Assembly (NCBI GenBank): GCA_021432655.1
Contig: MU271497.1
Span: 1 to 52,641 of the forward strand
Length of the DNA stretch: 52,641 bases
Origin: Atractiella rhizophila
Lineage: Eukaryota
Direction: 5' to 3'
Shown: one piece after another, positions 15,656 through 27,800 of the stretch
Position numbering within the stretch: position 1 is the stretch's first letter
Layout of the letters: each line of letters starts with the position of its first letter
Program-made: the position numbers and the translations under genes
Notes under the pieces: model-generated
Told to the model about the DNA's origin: nothing
Databases searched by the model: none
The model's input: the letters and a program-made list of their open reading frames with translations, nothing else

Positions 15656-16340
15656 GCATCTTTCGGACTTGAGCGATGGAGGAGTTGAGTTGATGCCTTA
15701 AAAAGAGGCTTTGCCGAACCAACCCCACCTCCCCCCCCCGTGCCAAGAATTAACAACTGGGGTAAAGTGGAAGATTGGACTCAAAATTCACTGTATGAGT
15801 AGGGAGTAGGCACATTTCATAGCTGCAACAATGAGCACCGCTTATCGCGACCATTGATGGCAAAAACTGGTATCTCCCTTCTTTAAGGCACGTGAGTAAC
15901 AAGTTACCGTGACCGTTGACGAAATCCGTTTATTTATCCATCGCAACCACCACTGAGTCCAGCTTGCAGATTTCCTGTCTTCGAGCACAGTCTTCGGCGC
16001 ACAAAACAACACCTCGAAAGCAAGCAGAGCACACCAACAACAGTGAGGCGCGTGAACCAGTTTGCGGTTTCTGGCTCGGATTTCCATCAGTGAGATACAT
16101 TTCTTTCATTACATCCCCTCAATTCGAAGGATACGAGTAGCACACGCGGCCGATTGAGCCGATGCACCAGTTAGATGCTTCTGCAGAGCACAATCACGCT
16201 AGCAAGAGAGCAAACTAACTCGCATATAGTCACAGGTTGATCGCTATACCGAAGACGTTGACCATTAGGTGTGATTACAAAAGGCGATCATACTGTATGC
16301 ATTTCTTCTTTCAATAGATGGAACTAACTGTGTTTCCCCA

Positions 16341-18035
16341 ATGACAGAGTTTCTGATGGCAACCATTCAATCCCTCCCTCCAGAACTGCTGCTTCACATA
16401 TTCGAAATACTCGCCGAACAACGAGTCAAGACACGACGAGATTACACGCGATCTGGCAATCTGGAATCTGTCTGGTTGAAAGTTCGCTTGAGGACTCACA
16501 TGGAACGTTGCTCGCGGGTCAGCAAACAATGGAGCGAACTCTGCCTCCCCCTCCTTGATCGAATGCTCAGGATTTCCACGGCCAATATGGATGGCATTCT
16601 TTCGTTCATAAGGCAGTCCCCCATACGTCGCTCTTACGTGAGCAGGCTGTACGTCAACTTTCCCAGTTCACCACAGAGATTGGGCATAGTTGGGACGGCC
16701 CTTTGGAACGCTTTCCGAGAAATATTGGAGATTGTGGGAGGACAGCTTATTGTGCTAGACGTCCTGCTCTGGAAGATGGATCTTCCGCCCCCTGAAGCTC
16801 GTATTCGATTGCCTTCGACCCTCAAGAATCTCTTCGTACGAACTAGTTTCAATATGAAAAATCCAATCCTTCAAGATTGGTTTACCGGTTTCGACGAATG
16901 CAACTCCCTAGTACAACTGCAACTGTGGGACGTTCGCGCATCGCAACCCACCCCAACTTTGTTGAGGCCCTCCTACCTCCTCATCAGCGCCATGCTGCCT
17001 TCAGATTTCGCTTTTTTCTCAGCTGCCGCCCAAAACCTTGCGTCCTTGGAAGTCTTTCGATCCGATGATTTTGGGGCAGATGTGTACCCTGAGTTTTGGC
17101 CTGACGTCTTCAAGCTCCTCCATCTCATCAAGGATTCTCTCCAATATTTGGATTTGGATCGCCGTTTTAATACCGTTGTCGACTCTTCGATCTACCCGCA
17201 GAGCTATATTGAGCCTCAGCTCGTCGCGCCGATCCTACCACATCTGCTGACACTCAAACTCTACACTACCGACTTCTTAGGAGACCTGGTCGACGTGTTC
17301 CCACACCTCCCGCTCTCATCACATTTGGTGAGGTTGAAGTTGTATAAGGCCCCTATAGTTTCGGTCCCAAGTGATGCACAATTGTGCAAGTTTCAATGCA
17401 AGTTTCAAGAATTAAAAAGATTAACCATTCTCCAAAACCAATATGACGTTTCAGCTCACACCCTTCGACCCGTGTTCGATCCTATCACGCATCCTCATCG
17501 GCTCACGCAACTTGAGACCAGTTTGAAAACATTCGTATCCAAAGAGGAAGCTTTTGCCTTCTTTCAGATGTCGCAACCCCGAAGGCTCGACATCGACATA
17601 GGGAATTCCTTCAAAGCCTTGGATTTCCTCCTCAGTTCAGGCGAAACGATCCCCGATATTCAACAGATGTCCATCTCGGGCAATTTTCACAAAAATTCGA
17701 GACGGGGCAACAACGACTTTGATTCCTCAGACTTCACCAAAGGGTTCTGTGCCGCCAAACGCCTCCAGTTCAAATTTCATGTTGAGAGGTACTCCTCGTC
17801 CGTTGATCCAAAGCTCATCGGCAACGGAGGATACGCACCCTTATTTGCATTCCTCCTCACCGCAACATGGACCGATCAGTTGGAAAGACTTATTTTTGGT
17901 CCCGTACTCAATGACATAGAAGTTGCTTCAGTCTTATTGAAGGAGAAGGAATCGGTCCACTATGAAGGGTTGATGTCGCGACTTGGTGAGAGCTGTACCG
18001 AGGTTATATGTCGAAGTCTGGAGTTTCGCCATTGA
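16341..18035 (+). CDS. Intronless F-box-like / LRR-like protein (paralog 1)
   Basis: 564-aa ORF; N-terminal IQSLPPELLLHIFEIL ... CSRVSKQWSELCLPLL is the fungal F-box-like signature, followed by LxxLxL-type repeats. Confidence 0.8.
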   Translation: MTEFLMATIQSLPPELLLHIFEILAEQRVKTRRDYTRSGNLESVWLKVRLRTHMERCSRVSKQWSELCLPLLDRMLRISTANMDGILSFIRQSPIRRSYVSRLYVNFPSSPQRLGIVGTALWNAFREILEIVGGQLIVLDVLLWKMDLPPPEARIRLPSTLKNLFVRTSFNMKNPILQDWFTGFDECNSLVQLQLWDVRASQPTPTLLRPSYLLISAMLPSDFAFFSAAAQNLASLEVFRSDDFGADVYPEFWPDVFKLLHLIKDSLQYLDLDRRFNTVVDSSIYPQSYIEPQLVAPILPHLLTLKLYTTDFLGDLVDVFPHLPLSSHLVRLKLYKAPIVSVPSDAQLCKFQCKFQELKRLTILQNQYDVSAHTLRPVFDPITHPHRLTQLETSLKTFVSKEEAFAFFQMSQPRRLDIDIGNSFKALDFLLSSGETIPDIQQMSISGNFHKNSRRGNNDFDSSDFTKGFCAAKRLQFKFHVERYSSSVDPKLIGNGGYAPLFAFLLTATWTDQLERLIFGPVLNDIEVASVLLKEKESVHYEGLMSRLGESCTEVICRSLEFRH

Positions 18036-18274
18036 ATTCGATGAATTATTCATTATATAGATAATATTAGCTCTCTACGAAATCCGGAGAATAACATGGC
18101 AATCTAACAGTGTAACCACCAAAGAGAAGTTGCCACTGTAAGTAACGGCGGAGCCTTTGTTGACGATACGAGACAAACTTATGCGTTCAGAATTTCTCAG
18201 CAGAGAGAGCACATTGACAATGAGCGCTAGTCTGTTAAATTCTACGTCAATGGTCATACCTCCTACATTCATTA

Positions 18275-21200
18275 CTATTGTCTTCGGGTATGATAGACCA
18301 ACAAAGAGAACAGTTCCACCACTGTCAAACCTACGGAAATTCTTCCGTTATGACTGCTCCCCGAAGCCATTTTAGATGATGTGCAACCCACCAAAGTATT
18401 ACTTACCACAGCAGTTCAAAGTAAGAACACAAGATGAAAATGCTTAAAAGTACAGGATGCGGGAGAAACGGCGACGAGAGGTACATCGGGAAGAACAACT
18501 GCCTCCAACTGTCAGCTGAAGTGGATTGGACGAGCAACGCACCTTCGAAAACACAAAAGCATAGTACAGGTTTCTGTTTGAGCTTAGGTCCCCTGGTGGA
18601 AGGTCTCTTGGCGAATGGTGATAAGAGAGACCTGTTGTTGCGCTGTCATCGATGTGAGGCTGCGGCAATGCAAGTGGCGCTGGGAGTGACAGCTTTCGTT
18701 CCGCCTGCGGCTTCATTGGCTTCACTGTGATAATGTGGCATATCTCAGAGAATTGCTTACAGGAGTCAGATCAGGTTCTTCTTTTTCAGGTGTCAAACGC
18801 TCAGGGGTAAGTGGTACGAGCGCTCCCTCCTCTTCATCAATGGTCACACTCTGCTCTCTTGCCTAGCCCATAATCAGTTCAGCTATAGAGATGTAGAATA
18901 GGCTCACCACATCTCCCTTCACTCTTTCCAACACCATCAAAACCTCCCTGCAACCCGGTCGCTTGTCCATTTCAATGGATATCAGCCTCTCCATCAAGAG
19001 TAGAAGTGATAGGGGGAGTGGTCGTCCATGGTGAGCGTGTTGTGAAGCGATAAAACCACCATACGAAAGAATTTCAGCGCGTAAGAGATCCACTTCTGTG
19101 TGTTGATAGGGCAGATGGAAGTAAGATAAGAGGTGGAGGATGAGCCCTATATATTTAATTTAGTTCGTTTGTGAGATCACCAAAATGGCAAAGTTGTACC
19201 GAGTGACCACAAGTCTGATTTTGAGGAAAGTTCCGGAAATTTGCCAGTCTTGGGATTGATTGAAAGTGCTTCAGGACACACCTGCGATCAATGCGATTAG
19301 AAAAGAGCCTGATATCGAGATAGCCGCGACGAACGTAGTCTAAGGTTCCAGTTGTTCCCGCTGTCGCCGAATAATCAGTAATGCTCTCAAGAAAGAGAAG
19401 CCGCAACGAACTCCGTCGAACGAACCAACTCTCCCCCCAACCTCTTGAGCTGCCGAAATCGCACAACATTGCTCGCGGGAGCACAGCACCGTCTTCCCAT
19501 CTGAGCAAAACATTCTCCGCCTTCAGGTCCAGGTGAAGCACACCCCTGTCATGGAGGAAACAGAGACCTGAGGTGATGTCATGAAAAAGCGCAAGGATCT
19601 CATCCACCCTTAGATAGTGTATAGCGGCCCGTCTTGGATCTGGTCTTTCCGGTTTGGGCGAAGAGGAGGTAGCATTGGTCTGACCGCGGCGACGTTGTGC
19701 CAAGAAGAAGCGTTTCCGCTCTTCCCTCTCTCGTTTGTCTTCTGTTTCCTGCTCCCTCCCTGGAGTGGTCAGCATGGCTGATGTAGACCCCGACTGTCGA
19801 GGCGAGGAGTTGGGAGAGGAAAAGCGGAAATTCGAACGTGAGGCAATGAATCCTTCGAGACTACCACCGTCTGCATATTCCATGAGCAAGAAGAGTGTTG
19901 GTACCCGCGGACCAAATGCTGAAAGGGACGTTTCTTCGATCCAAGTACTAATACAATGTTCGTAAGTGACACACTCCTGAAACGATTCAAAGCTTTATAA
20001 ATTGTATGGATAGGTATTTCGTGAGCGTTCAAACGTGGCACTTGATGATCCTGACGTGCATTCTGTTTAAAGGTAAATATGACCTCGTTCTGACCCGATT
20101 GCATGTTTGTGGTAACTCCAGAGCCTGAAAGCTCACACTCAGCATTGCGAGGACACGCTTCTATCTACATTTCCACCAGCGACATGAGGTGGAAGGCAGA
20201 CCTCGGCGAGCTCACAAGGAGAGAAGGTAGAACACTCAACTCCGCTTGTTTGGCGGTAACATAACACGACTTTGTACTCCACTCGTTTGCGTAGGAGGAG
20301 CTTTAAATGCTGTTTCTGCTTCATATTGATTGAGCAGAGTAAAAATGCGGATTGATTTTACGAGATTGTGCTCCCACAACCCCGAGATGGATGGAATGCA
20401 TCGCATCTCTTCACTTCAACGGATTAATGGATGCTCACGTCCACATGACCAAGGAAGGACATGAAAAGGGAATGAAGCAGCGAACACGTGGGAGGAGGGA
20501 AGGAGGGATGAAATACGAACTGGTGATATGCAACAATTGCCTCATGTCGCAATCTCTCCAACACTTTCACCTCCCGTAATCCCTTCCTCAGCTCTTCCAA
20601 GGAATGACCGACAGCGACTTTCTTGCATGCGTAACGTCTGCAACCAGAGCACCACACCAAACATCCCGTTCATAATATGAATCAGTGTCAATCTGAGAGT
20701 GTAAGCAAGGGTAAAACAGGAGTTGAGCAGTGGTAACGAACCCAAGCTTCTCCCCATTCAATACGTGTTGTACTAAAAACACGCTTCCTTTCATCCCTCT
20801 CCCGAGCTTCTTCTCTTCCACGAAGAACCTAGCGTAGTAACCATCGATCCTCGCTCCTTCTCTCAACCCCTCCCCTCCACCTGCTGCACCACGAACACCG
20901 CCTGTTGTTACAGATGGCTGGGTCGTGAGTGTAGGTGTTGGTGTCGCAGGTCTCGAAGGGTCCGGTGAGGCCGTCTGGAGGAGAGCGAAATACGAAGGGA
21001 GAGCTGCATCTCTATCCCTCCTCACACCGCTTGCTGTTCGCCTCCCCATTCCCGCGCTTGACGCAGAAGTTGATGTGGCGACCGGTTGGCGACACATTGG
21101 GCATCTCCCCTGCTCCACCTGCAATCCATCCTCGTCCCCAAGCTCGGCCAACTCGCTCAAGCTGTCGAACCGCGGTATCTCCTCGATCTCCCCATCCCAT

Positions 21201-21469
21201 TCTGCCTCAGCTTCGCCCGGAGTCTCCTCATTAGATAAAGAAGAGGGCAACATCGGCCGCGATGGTCGACGAGAGGCGAGGAGGGGACGCGATGGCGGAC
21301 GGGGATGCTGAACGAGTAATTGGTTGAGGTGCTGATTGTAGAGGACCAACGGCCCAGCAGGTGACCGTAGAACGACAGTCCAGCCTGCTGAGTTAGCTGG
21401 CGGAGTGGGGGTTGCAGGGGCGGTTGGGTTATGTGGCGGTAGAGCAGGTGCAGGGAGGAGACGGCGCAT
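18275..21469 (-). CDS. IKS1: IKS1-family serine/threonine protein kinase, multi-exon, with C-terminal hydrophobic segments
   Basis: Motifs WTVVLR..LVLYN, CPMCRQP, GYYARFFVEEKKLGRGMKGSVFLV, YACKKVAVG, AYHH|TWIE, LMEYADGGSL, LHLDLKAENVLL, DFG, TGTLDY, SDLWSLG. The 3' end is approximate. Confidence 0.88.
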
Positions 21470-21689
21470 CGTTGGAGAGGGGGAAGATTGGTCTCAGTTC
21501 TTGTTTTCGTTAGTTCTCGCAACGGGTGCGGTCGGAAAAGTGGGAGGCAACTGAATACAAATTCTTTGCAGTGACAACATTACTGATACAGCGCGTTAAC
21601 ATTTTCAATTTCTCCCCTACACAGAACAGCGTAAATATGAAGCTCTGTAGTAAAACAGTCATCGACTTCGAATTTGTGAACCAGACAAG

Positions 21690-23372
21690 TTAGCAACTTG
21701 AACCTTGAAACCTCATTCCACACACCTCTAACTTTGTACCACTCTCAGCAAGCCGCGACTCCAAAACTTTATAGTCTGACCATTCGTTTTTGTCGAAAGA
21801 TATACATCTAACTTCGTCGGGCGGCGGGCCAAATGTAAGACTTTCCAACTGATCAATCCAAGATGCAGAGCGAAGGAACGTTATTAATGGTCCATATCCT
21901 CCGTCGCCGATGCTGGTCGCATAACCGAGTTGGGGCGAGTGATGCGAATCGACGACAAATTTGAACTGGAGACGCTTCGCGGCGCAGAAGCCTTTGTGGA
22001 AATCTGATGCGTCAAAATTACAATTTTCCCATCGCACTCTCCTGTATACGCGTGTGTTCAAGATGCCTGTCATGGAAATCTCTTGGATGTTAGGAATTGC
22101 ATCTCCTGAAGTGAGGAGAAAGTTCAAGACTTCAAAAGAAGTCCCTAAGCTGATGTGGAGCATTCGTGGTTGTGAGACTCGAAGGAAAGACATGAGCTCC
22201 TTTTCAGATACGAACGTTCTCACACTAGTGTCCAGTTGCATGAGATTGGGATTCGTGATGGGATTGAACACGGGTCGTAGTAGGGCAGCCGACACGCGAA
22301 ACTTATCGTAGATGGTCAATCTCTGTAAAGGCGGAAAGTGGGAATGAAATTTGGGAGCCTTTGCATCCGACATTATTGGAACCTTCTCCAGCTTCAATCT
22401 ATGCAAATGTGATGAGAGGTGGAGGTGCGGAAATGCGTCGACAAAGTTTCCTAAGAAGCTGGAAGCGAGTTTAAGCGTCACCAAACGTGGAAGGATGGGG
22501 GCGACGAGTTGTGGTTCAATATAGCTCTCCAAGACGCTAGAAAAATCAATACCAGAACGACCATCCATGTCCAACTCTTTGAGAGTATCCTTCACGAGGT
22601 GGAGGAGTTTAAAGACTTCGGCCCAAAAATCAGGGTATTTGTCGATCCCAAACGTATCCGATCGAAAGACTCGAAGGGACCTGAGAGAATTTGCAGACGT
22701 TGAGAAGAAAGCTGACTGCGAAGGAAGAATGGCAGTGATGAGGAGACGGGACAGTTGGAACAAAGCTGGAGATGACTGCGATTCCACCCAAACGTCTTGC
22801 AACTCAAGCCGGCGCAACGCTTTGCATTCTTCCAAACCAGTGAACCAAGATTGAAGGTGAGTGTTCATCAGAAGGTAGCTCGATCGAACCGAGAAAAAGC
22901 CGAGATTCGAAGGCAATCGAACTCTAGCTTCAGGCGGTGGGGCTTTCATCTCCCACAGCAGGATATTCAGCGTGACGAGTTGGTGTCTCACACAACCCAA
23001 AATTTCGGTGAAAGCCTCCCAAAGAGCCGTCCAGTTTACGTTCTTGGATTCTTGTGACGATCTGGGAAAGTTAACAAAGAAGTACTTCACATGGGACCGA
23101 CGCATGTCCGACTGGCGTATGAAGGAAAGAATGTTATCCATATTGGCTGTAGAAAGACAGAGGACACGATCAAGGAGGGGCATGGAAAGTTCGCTCCATT
23201 GCTTGTTGACTAGCGAGCAAGGTCGGATGTGAGCCTTAGAGAGAGTGGTTATCCATACGGATTGACTGTCAGGACGCGTGTAATCTCGTCGTTCGTCGAC
23301 CCAATATAAAGCGAGGATTTCGAAAATTTCAAGGAGCAACTCGGCAGGGAGCGATTGAATGGTCGCCATCAC
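21690..23372 (-). CDS. Intronless F-box-like / LRR-like protein (paralog 2)
   Basis: 560-aa ORF colinear with 16341-18035; shared blocks MATIQSLP.ELLL.IFEILA, STANMD.ILSFIRQS, SYIEPQLVAPILP, KGFCAAKRLQFKF. Confidence 0.8.
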   Translation of the reverse strand: MMATIQSLPAELLLEIFEILALYWVDERRDYTRPDSQSVWITTLSKAHIRPCSLVNKQWSELSMPLLDRVLCLSTANMDNILSFIRQSDMRRSHVKYFFVNFPRSSQESKNVNWTALWEAFTEILGCVRHQLVTLNILLWEMKAPPPEARVRLPSNLGFFSVRSSYLLMNTHLQSWFTGLEECKALRRLELQDVWVESQSSPALFQLSRLLITAILPSQSAFFSTSANSLRSLRVFRSDTFGIDKYPDFWAEVFKLLHLVKDTLKELDMDGRSGIDFSSVLESYIEPQLVAPILPRLVTLKLASSFLGNFVDAFPHLHLSSHLHRLKLEKVPIMSDAKAPKFHSHFPPLQRLTIYDKFRVSAALLRPVFNPITNPNLMQLDTSVRTFVSEKELMSFLRVSQPRMLHISLGTSFEVLNFLLTSGDAIPNIQEISMTGILNTRVYRRVRWENCNFDASDFHKGFCAAKRLQFKFVVDSHHSPQLGYATSIGDGGYGPLITFLRSASWIDQLESLTFGPPPDEVRCISFDKNEWSDYKVLESRLAESGTKLEVCGMRFQGSSC

Positions 23373-23835
23373 GCATCTATAGATCTATGCAGTAGACTTG
23401 GAGCCTCATCAGTAGTCGCGGTGCTGGAAGGAGAAGGACGACTTGAATGGAGCTGTACACAACAGTACTAAAATAGACACCTGTCGCCTTCGATGAGAAT
23501 ATAACTGAGTATGCCTTTCCCTGCTTTGAGATGATGTGGTTAGATGTGGTGGTAATGATCCTCAGTGGGAGAAGTTTAATCATATCCTCATCATCAACTT
23601 ATCCACGCCCGTGCAACGTGCAAGCGATCATATAATGTGTAACTGGGTATCCCTCACTGTCCTTACCTTTCTGCATTATATTAGTCCTCACAATTCTCTA
23701 AGGGTTACTTGGGACAATTCTGCTAAGTATGAGCAAAGTTCTCCCTACAACCTTGAACAGCAACTGGCTTATCTAATGTGGAACGCCGGACTGATGAGTT
23801 GAGGCGCAATATAACTTTCTCTGCAGCCTGATAAA

Positions 23836-24613
23836 TCAAAGCCAGATTGTCCATTCATGTCCAACTCTCGAAGAGTACTTTTCACGAGGAGGGGGGGGGG
23901 ATGATTCCTGGCCAAAAATCAGAGAGTATGTGGTACTTGAACCTGTCTGACCGACGATGGGCGTAAGAGAGTTTTCGACGATGAGTTTTGGACGATGCTT
24001 AGAAGAAAGTTGAATATGGAGGAATGATGGCACTGACGAGGAGATGCGAAAGCGTAAACCAAGCTGTGGACAATCCAACATCTCTCAATTTCAGCCAAGA
24101 CATAATCTCTGCATTCGTTTAGTGAACCAATCTTGAAGGACAAGGTCTCTATATCGATGGAACCCAAAGAAGCGTAACCGAAAGCGAGGTTGTACGTGTG
24201 GGAATTCCATCTTCCATAACAAGATATGCAACGATGTAAGTTGGTCTCCCATGCGGCGTAAATTTCTCTGAAAGCGTACCAAAGGGCCGTCCAAGTTACG
24301 TCCCTGGAGCTGTGAAATGATCTGGGAAGTTAACAAAGAAGTGCTTCATGTGAGAACGAAGTGTGTCCCACTGGAAAGAAGGCTATCCATATTGGCTGTG
24401 AAAAGAGTGATTATACGATCAAGGAGGGGAGGGAAAGTTCGCTCCATTTTTTGCTGATGAGTGAACAGGGGTTGCTGATGGGCTTTGGAGAGCACAGTCA
24501 CCCAGGAGGTATAACGATCATCAGCAAGCGCCTAATCTCGCCGCTTACGGGCCCAGTGTATGGAGAGCATCTCGAATATTTGGAGCAGGAGGGAGAGATT
24601 GGATGGTCGCCAT
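23836..24613 (-). pseudogene. Decayed, truncated third copy of the F-box-like gene
   Basis: ATG 24613 gives MATIQSLPP and then frameshifts. Homologous remnants (SKKWSELSLP, TANMD, HFFVNFPDH, LHILLWKME, LQDWF, DFWP) lie in changing frames. Confidence 0.75.
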
Positions 24614-24877
24614 CGACGCGTCGATGAACTTGGCAGAGCTCCAGAGTACAGTGAGATCCACTGGCTGAAAAAGTACGAAGTACAATACTACACTACTAAT
24701 ATAATAGAGCCTCTCCACGGGAATATACAGGCTCCCAATGACCTCCCCACTGACAGCCTTCCTTGAAAATTGAAAGGAAATGCTGTGGCCTACGAGCAAC
24801 TACATCAACGTCATCATACTCTCATCATCAACCACTTGCACTTCGACGCGTTTATCCTTGTCAGCTTTATACGCGCG

Positions 24878-27800
24878 ATGGTGGCCACTGGCGCACTCCG
24901 GCAGACTCAAAGACGTGTGTTATTTACTCTTTTTCTGCCAATTCTTAGGAGAGCCGCAGGTCTGAAATTCAGCACGAAACTCACCGGCACAAAGCTCACC
25001 ACTCCGGAGCTTTTGAAGCGCCTGAAGGCTCTGCACAGCGAGCTGGTGGAGTTGGAGCAGGATAATGTGGTTGTGAAGAGCTTGGAGAATGTCGCGAAGG
25101 AGCTGATTTCCAGCACGCTGTTGCTTCATCGCGACAGAGGTGTCAAGGCTTATACTGCAGACTGTCTTGCTGATATTTTGAGACTTTATGCTCCAGACGC
25201 ACCGTATAGTGCAGAGGAACTGAAGGTGCGCGCTTGTATTTGATATGGAATGGGAAGGGAGAAATACGAGCTGAGAAAGCGAGGAGCGGCATGACTCCTT
25301 TGACTGTTGCCAATGCCCACGAGGTTGAGGTGGCAGCATGTTCACTTGTACCCAATCCTGCTAGCTGAATCTGGCAGAAGTTCTGCATCAAAGTCATTTT
25401 ACGAGGTAACGGGGATATTGGTGTTGCAGTTATTTCTCATGCCCTGGCTCCCCATAATGATTCCTTGCAATTATCTTAACTGACACTTCTCTATTGATCG
25501 TTTTAGGACATATTTCAATTTTTCTGGCGCCAGCTGAAATATCTATCTCCACCTTCTGAGGAGACATACTTCGACCAATACTTTTACTTGATCGAATCCC
25601 TCTCCCAAGTAAGTGTTCCTCACCTTATGAAAAGTATTTCACTGATGTGTACTCTGCTAGGTACGAAGCGTTTACCTAGTGTGCGACCTCCCGCACGCCG
25701 ACGATCTCACTGCTGAAGCTTTCCGTTGCTTTTTCGATAAAGTCAAGTATGTGTCTCTTCCTTCCTCCACACACAGGCAACTAATTCAACGTTAAAGGGA
25801 AAAGGACCTCCCTAAAAATGCAATCGCTGCAATGACTGATATTTTGGTGCTGATACTGGAAGAATCCACAACTGTTTCTCAGAACGTGCTGGAAATTTTG
25901 ATTGCCCAGTTCTTGCCCGACAATGTAGTAAGTTACCCTTTCAGTTCAGTTGTTGAGAGAAATGGACGCTGATGTTAATGATTGAGTAGAAAAGGAGCCC
26001 AGCCGCGTTCAGGATGGCGACTGATGTGTGTACGCCTACTGCAGACAAACTTCAACGGAATGTGTCACAGGTATGACTTAGTCCCGCCGATATCTGCCTC
26101 CGAACTGTAAAGGTGCTAACGCGGCATGCGCCAGTACTTTTCCGAAATAATCAGCAACGCGACTGATCCCACCGTCTATACCCCAAACGAGCCCTCAGAG
26201 GAGACTCTGACCGCACACGAGCTCATCAAATCCATCGCGTCCTCTGTCCCCGCTCTCCTCCTCAACGTCCTCCCTCAGCTCGAGAGTGAAGTCCAGCACG
26301 AGGACCTCGCGTTGCGTACACTCGCCACCCAAACCCTTGGAGACATCTGGGCCGGCCCAGGGAATCTGGCTGCAACGTATGCTGGAACATGGAGAGCTTG
26401 GCTCGGAAGGGGTAGGGATAAAGATAAAAGCGTGAGAGTGGCATTGCTGGAGAAACTTCCTAACGTGTGGAGGCGGTACGGAGACTTGGGGAACGATGTG
26501 CAGGAGACTTTGGGAGCGAAGTTGATGGATCCGGAAGAAAGGGTGAGAGTTCAGGCTTGCAAAGTCTTTGAGGAGGTGGAGTATGAAGTGGTCCTTCACT
26601 CGGTGAGTAAGGATATGTTGGTAAGCCTTGCGGAGAGGTGTAGGGATAAGAAAGTACGTGCTCCATTGTTCTTTTCACGTGGCCACAGAAATGATACAGT
26701 CTCCAGTCCAGCGTTATCCAGGCAGCACAGAAGGCGTTGGGAAAGATTTTCTACGCGGCGTACTCAGATATGTGTGTACATCCTACTTACTCTTCGGCAT
26801 CATATGCTGAATGGACACGTGTGATAGCGAAGCTGCAGACACAGATGCGACAGAAAAGTTCGCTTGGATCCCCAACACCCTTCTTGGGAGCATGGGGAAC
26901 GAGGTAGAATCACGGTACGTCATTGGCTCCTTTTTGAGTGACGCACTGAAACCACCTATGGTACAGCCTATTAGTTGAAGAAACGATGCTCAAATATATC
27001 CTCCCACTGCCCACAACGGCCAACGATGAAGTAGCATGGGTCGATCGGCTTCTGCTAGTCATGGGTCATTTGGACGAAAATGCGGGAAGACGACTGTTAT
27101 CCATGTCCAGGTTGCAGGAACAGTATGTTTTTGTTTAATTAACAACGCAACGTACCGCTCACTGTGGCGATAGGAAGGGCTCTCGACCATTTGCTCAATT
27201 TATCCAAGCTTGCAAAGACTACAACGTACGCGATGCTCTCTTCGCAGAGACCATGAGCTGACAGCCAATAGGGTGGAACCATCGATGAGAATGAGGAAGC
27301 GATCACTCAGAAACTGAAGGCGATCATCACTATGCTTGCTCGTAAGCGCTAAGCCTCTTGCTTCCCATTTCGCGGTCTCAATTTGAGTAAAGGGACATAT
27401 CCCAACCCCACACAAGCTGCGGAAGATTTGCACAAATTTGCGAAACTGAACGAGCAGAGGATGTACCAGATGCTCAACACCCTGATGGATGTTCAAAGTG
27501 ATCTGAAGACAATTTTGAAGACAAGAGTACGTCTGTTCTTCCGCAGCATGAAACACTTGAACTCAAACAATCTGTGTAGCTTGAATGCATCCGTCGTTTG
27601 GAGCCGGCAGGGGCAAGCGTTTTGGAGACATTCAACATATTCATTCGCCGTTGCTCGCTCTTCATTCTTAACCGGTCCTCCATACCGACTTTAATTAAAC
27701 GCCTCCAAAAACAATCCGGGAATGAGCAGACAGCTGCATCTGCACGTGAGCTGCTCAATTATGCAGCGAAGAACTGCCCGGCTCTGTTCAAATCACATAT

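Noticed and set aside
20340..20410. AATCCGCA resembling the group I intron Q element
   Set aside because: No matching R/S (GACUA/UAGUC, P7) elements, and the intron has normal GT-AG ends.
25260..25300. CTGAGA as a possible TPP riboswitch in the PDS5 intron
   Set aside because: Lacks the downstream ACYTGAT..GNTAAT..C.GCG core, and the gene is unrelated to thiamine.
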